42,081 bases of DNA from Candidatus Sericytochromatia bacterium. GTDB taxonomy: Bacteria; Cyanobacteriota; Sericytochromatia; S15B-MN24; UBA4093. The first letter of the stretch is position 1. Each line of letters starts with the position of its first letter. The position numbers and the translations under genes are program-made. The notes beneath the pieces were generated by a model, which saw only the letters and a list, made by a program, of their open reading frames with translations, had not been told where the DNA came from and did not search any database. Of the stretch, positions 27,568 to 35,955 are shown piece after piece. The stretch lies in assembly GCA_036676985.1 (NCBI GenBank), contig JAKFBU010000062.1, positions 1 to 42,081 on the forward strand. The letters run 5' to 3'.

Positions 27568-28002
27568 TTAGTGGCTGCAGCCGCAGCCGCCGCCACCACA
27601 GCCGCCGCCGCTCTTCTTGGCGTGGCTGTGGCCGTGATCGTGACCCTCCTCGTCCTTGGGACGGAAGGAGGTACCGCAACCGCAGCTCGACGCCGCGTTC
27701 GGGTTGCTGATCGTGAAGCCACCACCCATCAGCTCGTTCTTGTAGCCGACCTCGGCGCCGTCCAGGTACTGCGCGCTGAACGGATCCACGATGACCTTGA
27801 TGCCATCGACCTCGAACTGCTGGTCGTTGGGCTTCGCCTCGTCCAACCCCATGCCGTAGCTGAAGCCGCTGCAACCACCGGGCTTGACGTACACGCGCAG
27901 CGCGAGATCCGTCCGGGTCTGGGAGGCGAGCGCCTCCTTGAGCTTGGCGGTGGCGTCAGCCGTCACCGTGAGATTCGGCTTGACCTCGGTCGAATTGACC
28001 AT
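27568..28002 (-). CDS. HesB/IscA family A-type Fe-S carrier with His/Cys-rich tail
   Basis: LRVYVKPGGCSGFSY, NPNAASSCGCGTSF, tail GHDHGHSHA...GCGGGGCGCSH. Confidence 0.92.
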   Translation of the reverse strand: MVNSTEVKPNLTVTADATAKLKEALASQTRTDLALRVYVKPGGCSGFSYGMGLDEAKPNDQQFEVDGIKVIVDPFSAQYLDGAEVGYKNELMGGGFTISNPNAASSCGCGTSFRPKDEEGHDHGHSHAKKSGGGCGGGGCGCSH

Positions 28003-28105
28003 GTGTATCTACCTCCTAGACCAGCGAGCTGGCGGCATCTGAACAATTTCCCTGGTTAAATTATAGCGCCCGTCCCCGCCCGGAGACAAGCCTGCATCCC
28101 CGGGC

Positions 28106-29170
28106 TCAGTCCGCAACAGTCACGAAGGTCAAGTCCTGCGGGCCGTCTCCGACAAGGAGATCCGATCCCGTGGCCGCTTCGGTCTTCAGGTCGATCATGC
28201 GGATGGAGTCCGACGCGAAGTTCGTCACGTAGGCCGTCTCGCCGAAGACCTTGAAGTTGCCGCCGCCCGACGCGATGCGGTCGGCGACGCCGCGCCGGAT
28301 CTCGCCCGTCTCGGGGCTGAAGGAGACCATGCCCCCGCCCGCCGACGCATACGCCCGGGTCGCGCTCACGTACTGCACCGAGTGCGCCGGTGCCCCGAAG
28401 GCGATGGTGCGCACCACCGTGTCGGTGGCCGGGTCGATGACGGCCAACCCTTCCTGGACGGTGACGACCACCCGGCCCGCGGGGTCCGTCGAGATGTCCC
28501 CCGGCGCGAAGTAGCTCGCCAGCGCGTCGTCGGCGAGCGCGATCGTCTTCAGGCGAGCCCGGGTCGCGACGTCGTAGACGTGCACGCCCGAGAAGGTGTA
28601 GGTCGCCGCGTAGGTCGGAGGACCGCCGTAGGTGGCCTCCACGGCCGGCACGTAGACCTTGCCGCCCGCAACAGCCGCGCCGCCGCCCGGAGCGCCGGCC
28701 GGAACGCTGACCGTGGCCTCCAGGGCCTTGGTCCCCAGGTTGAACCAGGCGAGGTCACGGGACATGTAGTTCACGACCAGCCCCTGGCCGCCGGACACGA
28801 GGTTCAGGCTCATCGGGTTGGCCCCCGTGGGCAGGAGCAGGGTGTCCAGCTTCGCCCGGGCCCGCAGGTCGAGCTTGTAGACATCCGCGTCGCCCGAGTT
28901 GACGAGGTAGGTGACCGCCCCTTCGGTCGCGAAGTGGTTGGGGTAGAGGCCGGTCGTCATGATGCCCTTGGTGACCTGGAGGGTCTTGAGATCGATCTCG
29001 TCGATGGTCTTGCCGAGGCCGTTGAAGACGTACAAGTAAGTCCCACCGGTCGAGGCAACGGTGCCCGTGGTGGTGGGGGGCTGAGTGGCCGTCGGCTTAG
29101 GAGCCGTGAAGAGGGAGTCGCAGCCGGCGAGCAGGGTCGCGAGGGCCGCCGCGGTGAGTAGTCGACGCAT
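28106..29170 (-). CDS. YncE/BtuG-like beta-propeller lipoprotein (probable cobalamin-binding)
   Basis: AGGAG RBS, lipobox LLAGC, YVTN-like repeats (YLVNSG, YVTNFASDSI, VGDGPQD). Directly downstream of btuB. Confidence 0.75.
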   Translation of the reverse strand: MRRLLTAAALATLLAGCDSLFTAPKPTATQPPTTTGTVASTGGTYLYVFNGLGKTIDEIDLKTLQVTKGIMTTGLYPNHFATEGAVTYLVNSGDADVYKLDLRARAKLDTLLLPTGANPMSLNLVSGGQGLVVNYMSRDLAWFNLGTKALEATVSVPAGAPGGGAAVAGGKVYVPAVEATYGGPPTYAATYTFSGVHVYDVATRARLKTIALADDALASYFAPGDISTDPAGRVVVTVQEGLAVIDPATDTVVRTIAFGAPAHSVQYVSATRAYASAGGGMVSFSPETGEIRRGVADRIASGGGNFKVFGETAYVTNFASDSIRMIDLKTEAATGSDLLVGDGPQDLTFVTVAD

Positions 29171-29178
29171 GGGTTCTC

Positions 29179-31026
29179 CTAGAAGGTGTGGGCCCATGCG
29201 GCCAGGAACGTCCTGCCGGGCATGGGGTAGTAGGGTTGCAACTGGTAGTAGGTGTTGGTGAGGTTCTCGCCCGAAACGATCAGGCGATCGGCACCCGACA
29301 GGTCGTAGCCGACCCGGGCGGAAACGAGGGCGAAGGGCGGCAGGGACTCCGTGTTCTGGGCCGTGGTGAAACGCCGACCCGTGTAATCCCACGCCACCGC
29401 GATCGAGAGGGCGGGCAGCGGTCGCCAGGTCGTGGCCGCCCGCAGGACCCAGTCCGGCCGGTACAAGAGGGCCTTGCCGGCCGTCGCCCCGGCGGAAGAC
29501 CGGTCCAGGGCCTCGAGCCACGTGCCCCCGCCCTCGAAGGTCCAGGCCTCGCCGATCAGGTAGGTCGCCTTGAGGTCGATCCCCCGGGTCTCGGTCTGGC
29601 CCAGGTTCTGCGGCGACCAGACGCCCCGGGCGTCGGGCAGCCACATGAGGGTGTTGGTCCCGAGGCTCGCGAAGAGAGCCCCCTCCAGCCGGAGCTCCGG
29701 GGTGAGGAAGGCCTCCGTCCCGAGCTCGGCGCTCGTCGTGCGCTCGGGCTGTAGCGCCGGGTTGCCCGCCGCCGTGGAGGTCGCCGGCCAGTAGAGGTCG
29801 TTGAAGGTCGGCGCCCGGTAGGCCTGGCCCACGGAGGCCCAGAGCCGCTGCCGGTCCGAGACGCGGTAGTTGGCGCCCAGGCGAGGACTGGCGCTCAGGC
29901 CGAAGGTCGAGTGGTGATCGAACCTCAGGTTCCCGAAGACCGACAGCGCCTCGGCGGCATACCACGTCTCATGGGCGAACGCGCTCACGACCGTCCGCGC
30001 CTTGGGGCCCAGGGTGCTGCTCGATAGCCCGTCCTGCGTGACGCCCCCGCCCAGGCTGAGCAGGTGGCCGTCCAGCTCCCACTCGGCCACCGACTGCACG
30101 TCGGTGCTGTCGAGCAACGTCTCGGAAGCGGGGCTCACGAGCGAGCCCGGATCCGCATAGTTGAGGGCATAGCGGCGATGGGAGAGGCTCGTCGTCTGGT
30201 GCGGGCCGTCCGGGTGCCACTGGCTCCAGGACAGGTTGCCCAGGACGTCGAGGTCGTGTTGACGCGCCCGGGGCGACGGATAGTTGACCGGTCCCGGAAC
30301 GCCCTTGTCCTGGTTCGAGAGGCTGAGGGCGAAGCGCAGGGTATCGTAGCCCCAGGCGCGTTGGCCACCGATCGAGACGTCCAGGCCCTCGAGGCCCGAG
30401 TTGACCCGGCTCGCCTCCGCGTCCCGGTAATAGTAGGGGTAGTCGTTGACGGCCGTCGTCCGGCGGACGCCCACCGTGACGGCCGCCTCCGCGAGCTCCT
30501 GACCCGTCTCGAGCTGGACGTAGCGCTGCCCAAAGCTCCCGAGACCGCCCTCCACCCGGCTTTGGGCAGACCGGGCGGTCTTGAGGTGGATGACGCCGCC
30601 CACCGCTTCCGAGCCGTAGAGGCCAGAGGCCGCCCCCTTGAGGATCTGGACCTCTTCGACGCCGACCAAGGACACGGTGGAGAGGTCCACGCCGCCCAGG
30701 ACCGGGCTGTTCAGCTTGACGCCGTCCTTGAGGACGAGGATCCCCTCGCCGAGCGAGCCCCGCAGGGTCGCGGTGGCGAGCTGGCCGGTGGCTCCCAGGC
30801 GGCGCACCGAGAAGCCGGGCAGGCGGGCGAGGAGCTGGGCGAGATCCGCGGCCCCGTGGGCCCGGAGGGCCTCGCGGCCGAGCACGGTGACGCCCTGGGG
30901 GGCATCCGGCAGCCGGGGGCGCTTGCCCTTGACGAGCACGGGTTGGAGGTCCAGGACCTCGGCCGCGGCCGCGGGCAACGCGGGCATGGCGAGGACGAAC
31001 GCCGCCAGCAGCGGGCGAATGCGCAT
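29179..31026 (-). CDS. btuB: TonB-dependent receptor, probable vitamin B12 transporter
   Basis: Plug motifs (LRGS, VLKDGVKLN, VQILKGAASGLYGSEAVGGVI), YRAPTFNDLYWP, GNPALQPE, ENLTN..Y..PGR...terminal F. Cobalamin riboswitch upstream. Confidence 0.88.
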   Translation of the reverse strand: MRIRPLLAAFVLAMPALPAAAAEVLDLQPVLVKGKRPRLPDAPQGVTVLGREALRAHGAADLAQLLARLPGFSVRRLGATGQLATATLRGSLGEGILVLKDGVKLNSPVLGGVDLSTVSLVGVEEVQILKGAASGLYGSEAVGGVIHLKTARSAQSRVEGGLGSFGQRYVQLETGQELAEAAVTVGVRRTTAVNDYPYYYRDAEASRVNSGLEGLDVSIGGQRAWGYDTLRFALSLSNQDKGVPGPVNYPSPRARQHDLDVLGNLSWSQWHPDGPHQTTSLSHRRYALNYADPGSLVSPASETLLDSTDVQSVAEWELDGHLLSLGGGVTQDGLSSSTLGPKARTVVSAFAHETWYAAEALSVFGNLRFDHHSTFGLSASPRLGANYRVSDRQRLWASVGQAYRAPTFNDLYWPATSTAAGNPALQPERTTSAELGTEAFLTPELRLEGALFASLGTNTLMWLPDARGVWSPQNLGQTETRGIDLKATYLIGEAWTFEGGGTWLEALDRSSAGATAGKALLYRPDWVLRAATTWRPLPALSIAVAWDYTGRRFTTAQNTESLPPFALVSARVGYDLSGADRLIVSGENLTNTYYQLQPYYPMPGRTFLAAWAHTF

Positions 31027-31027
31027 G

Positions 31028-31057
31028 AAAAAAAGCCCTCTTGGCAGAGGGCAAAAA
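31028..31057 (-). terminator. Riboswitch expression-platform terminator abutting btuB ATG
   Basis: gccctc-tgccaa-gagggc followed by TTTTTTT-c-ATG. Confidence 0.75.
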
Positions 31058-31093
31058 GCAACAAGCGGAGGGATCGCATCCCGGTCCGTGCTG

Positions 31094-31213
31094 GCTCTTT
31101 GCCGCGAAGAGCGTGTGGCACAACCTCCGGGACGGGCGATCGGGCTTGGGGGAGATCCCCCTTTACCGTTGCGGGACAGCGCCGGACTTTCACCGGACTT
31201 CCCCCGTCCAAGA
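31094..31213 (-). ncRNA. Cobalamin riboswitch (compact form)
   Basis: GGGAAGTCCGGTGAAAGTCCGGCGCTGTCCCGCAACGGTAA...AAGCCCGATCGCCCGTCC (B12 box), plus a downstream kissing-loop hairpin gctctt-cgcggca-aagagc. Confidence 0.92.
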
Positions 31214-31225
31214 GTATAGGCGGTC

Positions 31226-31254
31226 AGTATAGGACGCTTGTCCTATCCGGTCAA
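31226..31254 (-). promoter_or_regulatory. sigma70 promoter of riboswitch-btuB
   Basis: TTGACC-N17-TATACT. Confidence 0.75.
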
Positions 31255-31370
31255 GTTAGACGTTTCCAAGGTTAGCGCCCGCGGCTTTTCCGTAGGGCAG
31301 CGAGAGATAAGGGATAGCGCAGCTAAAGGGACCTCGAACGTCATCTCTCGCTGTCCCGAAGGAAAGACGC

Positions 31371-32426
31371 TTAGAGCATGAGGGTGGCGTCGCCGAACGA
31401 GTAGAAGCGGTACTCCCGCTCGATGGCCTCCTGGTAGCTCTCGAGCATGAGCTCGCGGCCCGTCTTGCCGGCGGGCGGCTGCTGGTCCGCGAAGGCCGAG
31501 ACGAGCATGAGGAGGGTCGACTTGGGCAGGTGGAAGTTGGTCACGAGCGCGTCCACCACCCGGAAGCGGTAGCCCGGGTAGATGAAGATGCGCGTCTCGC
31601 CCGAGCCCGGCGTGAGCACGCCCGACTGGGCCGCATGTTCGAGGGTGCGCACGGCCGTGGTGCCGACGGCGACCACCCGGCCGCCCCGCTCCTTGGTGCG
31701 CTGGACGGCCTCCACCGTCTCCGCCGAGAGGCGGAAGCGCTCGGAGTGCATCTCGTGCGACGTGACGTCCTCGACCGTCACCGGGCGGAAGGTGCCGAGC
31801 CCCGTGTGCAGCGTGACGGAGGCCGTCTCCACCCCCTGCGCGCGCAGGGAGGCGAGCAGGTCCGGCGTGAAGTGCAGGCCGGCGGTGGGAGCCGCGACGG
31901 CCCCCTCCTCGCGGGCGTAGACCGTCTGGTAGCGGTCCGAGTCCTCGGGGCGCGCCGCGATGTAGGGGGGCAAGGGGAGCTCGCCGTGGAGGGCGATCGC
32001 CTCCCGCACCGGCCGCTCCGCCGATTCCAGCTGGATCAGGCGCGAGCCGTCCGGCTCGACGCCCACGACCGTCCCCGCAAAGCCCGGCCCGAAGGTGATG
32101 ACCGTCCCCTCGGGCGCCTTGCGGCCGGGACGCACCAGGGCGAGCCAGCGATCGCGCGCCACCTCCTCGAGCAAGAGGACCTCGATGCGGGCTCCGGTGG
32201 CGCGGGTGCCGTAGAGCCGGGCGGGAATCACCTTGGTGTCGTTGAGGACCAACAGGTCGCCGGGCTCCAGGTACTCCCTGAGGTCGCGGAAGAGCCGGTG
32301 CTCCCGCTCGCCCGTCGAGCGGCGGATGACCATGAGCCGGCTCTCGTCCCGGCGCTCGGCCGGAACCTGCGCGATGCGGGCCTCCGGAAGGTGAAAGTCG
32401 TAATCGGTAAGTTTCAGCGCCGCCAT
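31371..32426 (-). CDS. queA: tRNA preQ1(34) S-adenosylmethionine ribosyltransferase-isomerase
   Basis: YDFHLPEARIAQ, NDTKVIPARL, PLPPYI, YQTVYA, AAPTAGLHFT, VGTT, TNFHLPKSTL, YRFYSFGDA. Confidence 0.97.
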   Translation of the reverse strand: MAALKLTDYDFHLPEARIAQVPAERRDESRLMVIRRSTGEREHRLFRDLREYLEPGDLLVLNDTKVIPARLYGTRATGARIEVLLLEEVARDRWLALVRPGRKAPEGTVITFGPGFAGTVVGVEPDGSRLIQLESAERPVREAIALHGELPLPPYIAARPEDSDRYQTVYAREEGAVAAPTAGLHFTPDLLASLRAQGVETASVTLHTGLGTFRPVTVEDVTSHEMHSERFRLSAETVEAVQRTKERGGRVVAVGTTAVRTLEHAAQSGVLTPGSGETRIFIYPGYRFRVVDALVTNFHLPKSTLLMLVSAFADQQPPAGKTGRELMLESYQEAIEREYRFYSFGDATLML

Positions 32427-32590
32427 GCTTCCCCGTACAGTTGCAACCCCATCAGGACCGCCACGATGATCACGTAGCTCTGCGGGAGCTTCTTGCCGGA
32501 ACTCAGGCGGTTAAACTGGCGCCAGGCGAGGAACAGCGCGGCCCATTCGACCGCGTAGAGCGCGTAGCGTAGGATGACCGGCCATGTCAC
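32414..32590 (-). CDS. Small two-TM membrane protein
   Basis: GTGA coupling to the spoIID stop and overlap with the queA start. Two hydrophobic segments. Confidence 0.55.
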   Translation of the reverse strand: MTWPVILRYALYAVEWAALFLAWRQFNRLSSGKKLPQSYVIIVAVLMGLQLYGEAWRR

Positions 32591-33756
32591 GGCGTTCCCC
32601 CGGATGAGATGCTGGAAAGCTGCGTGGTCGGATAATAGTATGCCAGAATCTGCTGGTAATTGTAGCCCCGCTCCCCGAGCGCCTTGGCGCCCCACTGGGA
32701 GAGCCCGAGCCCGTGCCCGTGGCCGCGTCCGGCGAACGCGAAGGCCGCCGGGCGGCCGCTGCCGCCGTAGCCGACCACGTTGAAGAGGGTCGAGTAGAGC
32801 CCCGCGCTCCGGCGCACCACGTCGCCCGAGACGACCTTCTCGCCCTGGGTGCCGACGACCTTGACCCGCCGGACCCGGCCCGAGTAGCTGCGCTCGAGCA
32901 CCTCGAAGCGGAGCGGATCGCCGATCCGCACGCCCTCCTTGGCGAGCCCCGAGCGCACGGAGGCCAGGGGCACGTTCTTCTGCCAGAGGTAGCGGGGGCT
33001 CTGCTGGTCGTAGTCCGGCAGGGCCTGGAGGTAGGCCCGTTGCTCGCCCCAGACGGCCGCGCTCGTCTCGGTGAAGCCCCCGGAGCTCGCGTGGAAGTAG
33101 GCCGCGATCACCCGGCCGTTCTGGGTCAGCACCTGCCCCAGCGTCTGATCGACCGCCGCGTTGCTGGAATGCGTCTCGACGCCCGCCCCCCGGTAGACCT
33201 GGTTCTCGGTGGTGGGCTTGACGTCGAAGCCGCGCGCGCCGAACTGGCCGCGCTTGGCGAGCGCGTAGGTGCGCGCGGCCACCGCCTGGGCCTTGAGGGC
33301 CTCCAGGGGCCAGCGCGGATTCATCTCGGCGGGGATGACGCCGTACAGGTACTGCTCCAAGGGGACGCGGTTGATGACCGTCAGGCGCGACCCCACGGCC
33401 CGCAGCTCGATCTCGCCCCGGTACCAGCGCCCCGCCCCGAAGGCGAGGGCGACCTCGTCACCTTGCGGACGCGGCACCAGGCGCACGACGGAGCCCGGGA
33501 CCACCAGGCGGCTGCCGCGGCCGGAGAGGGCGATGCCGCCCCCCTCGCGCCGCGCCTCCCAGCCCTCCATGGACCGGGTCGTCCCCACGGAGCGGCCGGA
33601 GGCGTCGACGATGACGCCCGCCACCGAGGTCGCCACGACGGCCTTGGCCTGACCCTCGGCGAGTCCGACCCGGAGGAAGGGGACGTCCGCCGCGGCCGGC
33701 CCCGCCCACAAGCAGGCAAGCACGAAGGCGAACAGGGGGACGACGAGGGCCTGCAC
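32587..33756 (-). CDS. SpoIID/LytB domain protein
   Basis: YRGEI, INRVPLEQYLYGVIPAEM, EALKAQAVAARTYA, QVYRG, GHGLGLSQWGA, YQQILAYYYP. Confidence 0.93.
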   Translation of the reverse strand: MQALVVPLFAFVLACLWAGPAAADVPFLRVGLAEGQAKAVVATSVAGVIVDASGRSVGTTRSMEGWEARREGGGIALSGRGSRLVVPGSVVRLVPRPQGDEVALAFGAGRWYRGEIELRAVGSRLTVINRVPLEQYLYGVIPAEMNPRWPLEALKAQAVAARTYALAKRGQFGARGFDVKPTTENQVYRGAGVETHSSNAAVDQTLGQVLTQNGRVIAAYFHASSGGFTETSAAVWGEQRAYLQALPDYDQQSPRYLWQKNVPLASVRSGLAKEGVRIGDPLRFEVLERSYSGRVRRVKVVGTQGEKVVSGDVVRRSAGLYSTLFNVVGYGGSGRPAAFAFAGRGHGHGLGLSQWGAKALGERGYNYQQILAYYYPTTQLSSISSGGTP

Positions 33757-33774
33757 CGGACCTCCGGACGTGAA

Positions 33775-34371
33775 CTAGCCGGGGAGACCGAGGCGGGTGG
33801 GCGGCCAGAACCGGACCACCGCCTTGCCGATGATGTTCTTCTTGGGCAGGAAGCCCCACACATGGCTGTCCGCCGAGTTGTTGCGGTTGTCGCCCATCAC
33901 GAAGACGTGATCGGCGGGCACCACCACCTCGCGGCCGTCATGGAAGTAGGCCCCGGGGTTCTCGGGATCGGGCATGCGGTAGTCGGGGGCCTCCTTGACG
34001 TAGGCCTCGCTCAGGAGCTGCCCGTTGCGGTAGACCTGACCGTCGCGCACGGCGAGGCGATCGCCGGGCAAGCCGATGACGCGCTTGATGAAGGCGTTGT
34101 TCTCCCGGAAGCCCGCGGTCGGAGGCGGATTGAAGACCACGATGTCGCCGTGCTCGGGCTGATCGAAGTGGTAGGTGATCTTCTCGACGATCAGGCGATC
34201 GCCGACCTCGAGGGTCGGCAGCATCGACTCGGACGGGATGTAGCGAGCCTCGGCGACCGTGGCTCGCACCCCAAGGGCCAGCACCAGGGCGATCGCGAAG
34301 GTCTCGATCGTCTCGCGGGTGCGAGACTTGGGCTTCTTCGCGGTACGTTTGCCGAACTCAAACCAGGCCAT
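33775..34371 (-). CDS. lepB: Signal peptidase I
   Basis: IPSESMLPTL (Ser), FIKRVIGLPGD (Lys), MGDNRNNSADSHVWG. Confidence 0.95.
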   Translation of the reverse strand: MAWFEFGKRTAKKPKSRTRETIETFAIALVLALGVRATVAEARYIPSESMLPTLEVGDRLIVEKITYHFDQPEHGDIVVFNPPPTAGFRENNAFIKRVIGLPGDRLAVRDGQVYRNGQLLSEAYVKEAPDYRMPDPENPGAYFHDGREVVVPADHVFVMGDNRNNSADSHVWGFLPKKNIIGKAVVRFWPPTRLGLPG

Positions 34372-34470
34372 CCGATGTCTCCAATTCGGCGCTCCATGCG
34401 CCTTTGAGGGGCGAATCACACAGTATCTTACCATGGGGATAGACCCCCAAAACCTGGAATCGGTTCCCGA

Positions 34471-35244
34471 CTAGCAGAGCTGCAGCAGGCGCAGGGAGAG
34501 GTAGGAAGCCGCCAGGCAGAACAGGAGCAGGAGCGGCTTGAAGCCGGGCTCGAAGCCGGAACGCCGGCACCAGATCGCATAGCCCAGCGACAGGCTCGGC
34601 GCCACGGCGAGACTCACGAGCGGCCACAGCGCCAGGTGGTGCTGGAGAAAGGCGAGCACCCCCGCCGTGAAGGCGAAGAGCTGGAGCGGGATGGCCCACG
34701 CCATCTGGCGAAAGGCGATCTCGGCCATCACCGTCGGGTTGAGGGCGAAGAACCGGCTGGTCTTGCGCGCCGTGAGCGCCGAGCCGTAGCGATAGACCAG
34801 GAAGAGGACGATGACCCCCGCCGCCGAGAGCACCAGCCCCGCCGACGCGAGCGCGCCGCCCGCCGTCAGGACGGGCCACAGGCTCGCTCCTTGGAGGTCC
34901 ATGGGCGGGCACGGCCGTAGGAGCAAGGTCCCGAGCACCACCGACAGCCCTGCTGTCAGCCCGAGGATGCGCGTGGCGAACTCCCACTCGAGGATGAAGT
35001 AGAGGGCGAGCGACGTGACGGCGACCAGGCTCCACAGGGGGATGGCCTGCAAGGCGGCCAGGCCGATGCCGAGGCCCGCGAGCGTCCCCACCGCCGCGGT
35101 GAGGAGCGCCAGGTAGGCGATCCGATCGATCTCGTGGCTGGGGCGGAGCAGCTTGAAGAGGTAGATGAGGACGGCCGCTGCCGACGAGATGACGACCAGG
35201 TCCCGCCAGAAGTCGATCCATTCGAGGGCCAACGTCGGGCTCAT
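34471..35244 (-). CDS. Polytopic membrane protein, divergent CcsA/cytochrome-c-assembly-like topology
   Basis: About 8 TM segments with spacing reminiscent of CcsA. ATGA-coupled to the cyclase gene. No WWD motif. Confidence 0.55.
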   Translation of the reverse strand: MSPTLALEWIDFWRDLVVISSAAAVLIYLFKLLRPSHEIDRIAYLALLTAAVGTLAGLGIGLAALQAIPLWSLVAVTSLALYFILEWEFATRILGLTAGLSVVLGTLLLRPCPPMDLQGASLWPVLTAGGALASAGLVLSAAGVIVLFLVYRYGSALTARKTSRFFALNPTVMAEIAFRQMAWAIPLQLFAFTAGVLAFLQHHLALWPLVSLAVAPSLSLGYAIWCRRSGFEPGFKPLLLLFCLAASYLSLRLLQLC

Positions 35245-35909
35245 GCGCCCTCCTCGGACCAGCCGACCAGAGCGTAGGCCCGGACGGGCTCCCGGCGGCC
35301 CTTGATGGCAACCAGGCCCAGATCGCGGACGATCGCCCGCCCCTCCACCATGGCATGGGTGGCGCCCGAGAGGATCGAGTCGGTGTGGAACTCCTTGTTC
35401 AGGGCTTCGAGGCGCGCCGCCGTATTCACTGCATCCCCAATCACGGTCGTCTCGCGGCGGTGCGCCCCTCCGATCTCGCCGAGAATCGCCCGCCCCGAGG
35501 AAATGCCGATCCGGACCTTGGCGGGCCGCCGTCCCTCTGCGAGCAAGCGCTCCTGCAGGGCGGCCACCTCCGCCTGTATGCCAAGCGCCGCGCGTACGGC
35601 GAGCTCGGCGCACGCCTGAGGACTGGGCCCGGTCCAGACCACCAGCATAGCATCACCGATAAACTTATCAACCGTGCCGCCGAAGCGCTCCACAACAGCG
35701 GTCATGACCGTGAAGTACGCGTTCAGGAGCGCGACGACCTCGGCGGCCGGCAGCTGCTCGGTCATGGTCGTGAAGCCCTCGAGGTCGGCGAAGAGCACCG
35801 TCACCTCGCGGTCCTCGCCAGCGGCAAAGCCCCCCGCGCTCGCGCGGGGGGCTTCGAGTGGCTGGTGTTGCTCGCCCCCGCGGGCGGGGGCGCGACGGAA
35901 GAACCGCAT
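35241..35909 (-). CDS. Class III adenylate cyclase catalytic domain (stand-alone; start uncertain)
   Basis: VLFADLEGFT, DKFIGDA, RIGISSG, TVIGDAVNTAARLE, IKGR. Confidence 0.88.
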   Translation of the reverse strand: MRFFRRAPARGGEQHQPLEAPRASAGGFAAGEDREVTVLFADLEGFTTMTEQLPAAEVVALLNAYFTVMTAVVERFGGTVDKFIGDAMLVVWTGPSPQACAELAVRAALGIQAEVAALQERLLAEGRRPAKVRIGISSGRAILGEIGGAHRRETTVIGDAVNTAARLEALNKEFHTDSILSGATHAMVEGRAIVRDLGLVAIKGRREPVRAYALVGWSEEGA

Positions 35910-35955
35910 GGGGCACCAAGGCGGTGCGCCGGGGAGACCCGGCGCACCTGGGGGC

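Noticed and set aside
31255-31370. Integron attC or 6S/SRP RNA
   Set aside because: The GTTAG boxes are not arranged as R''/R' around the hairpin, there is no IntI, and the region is too short for 6S and lacks the SRP motif.
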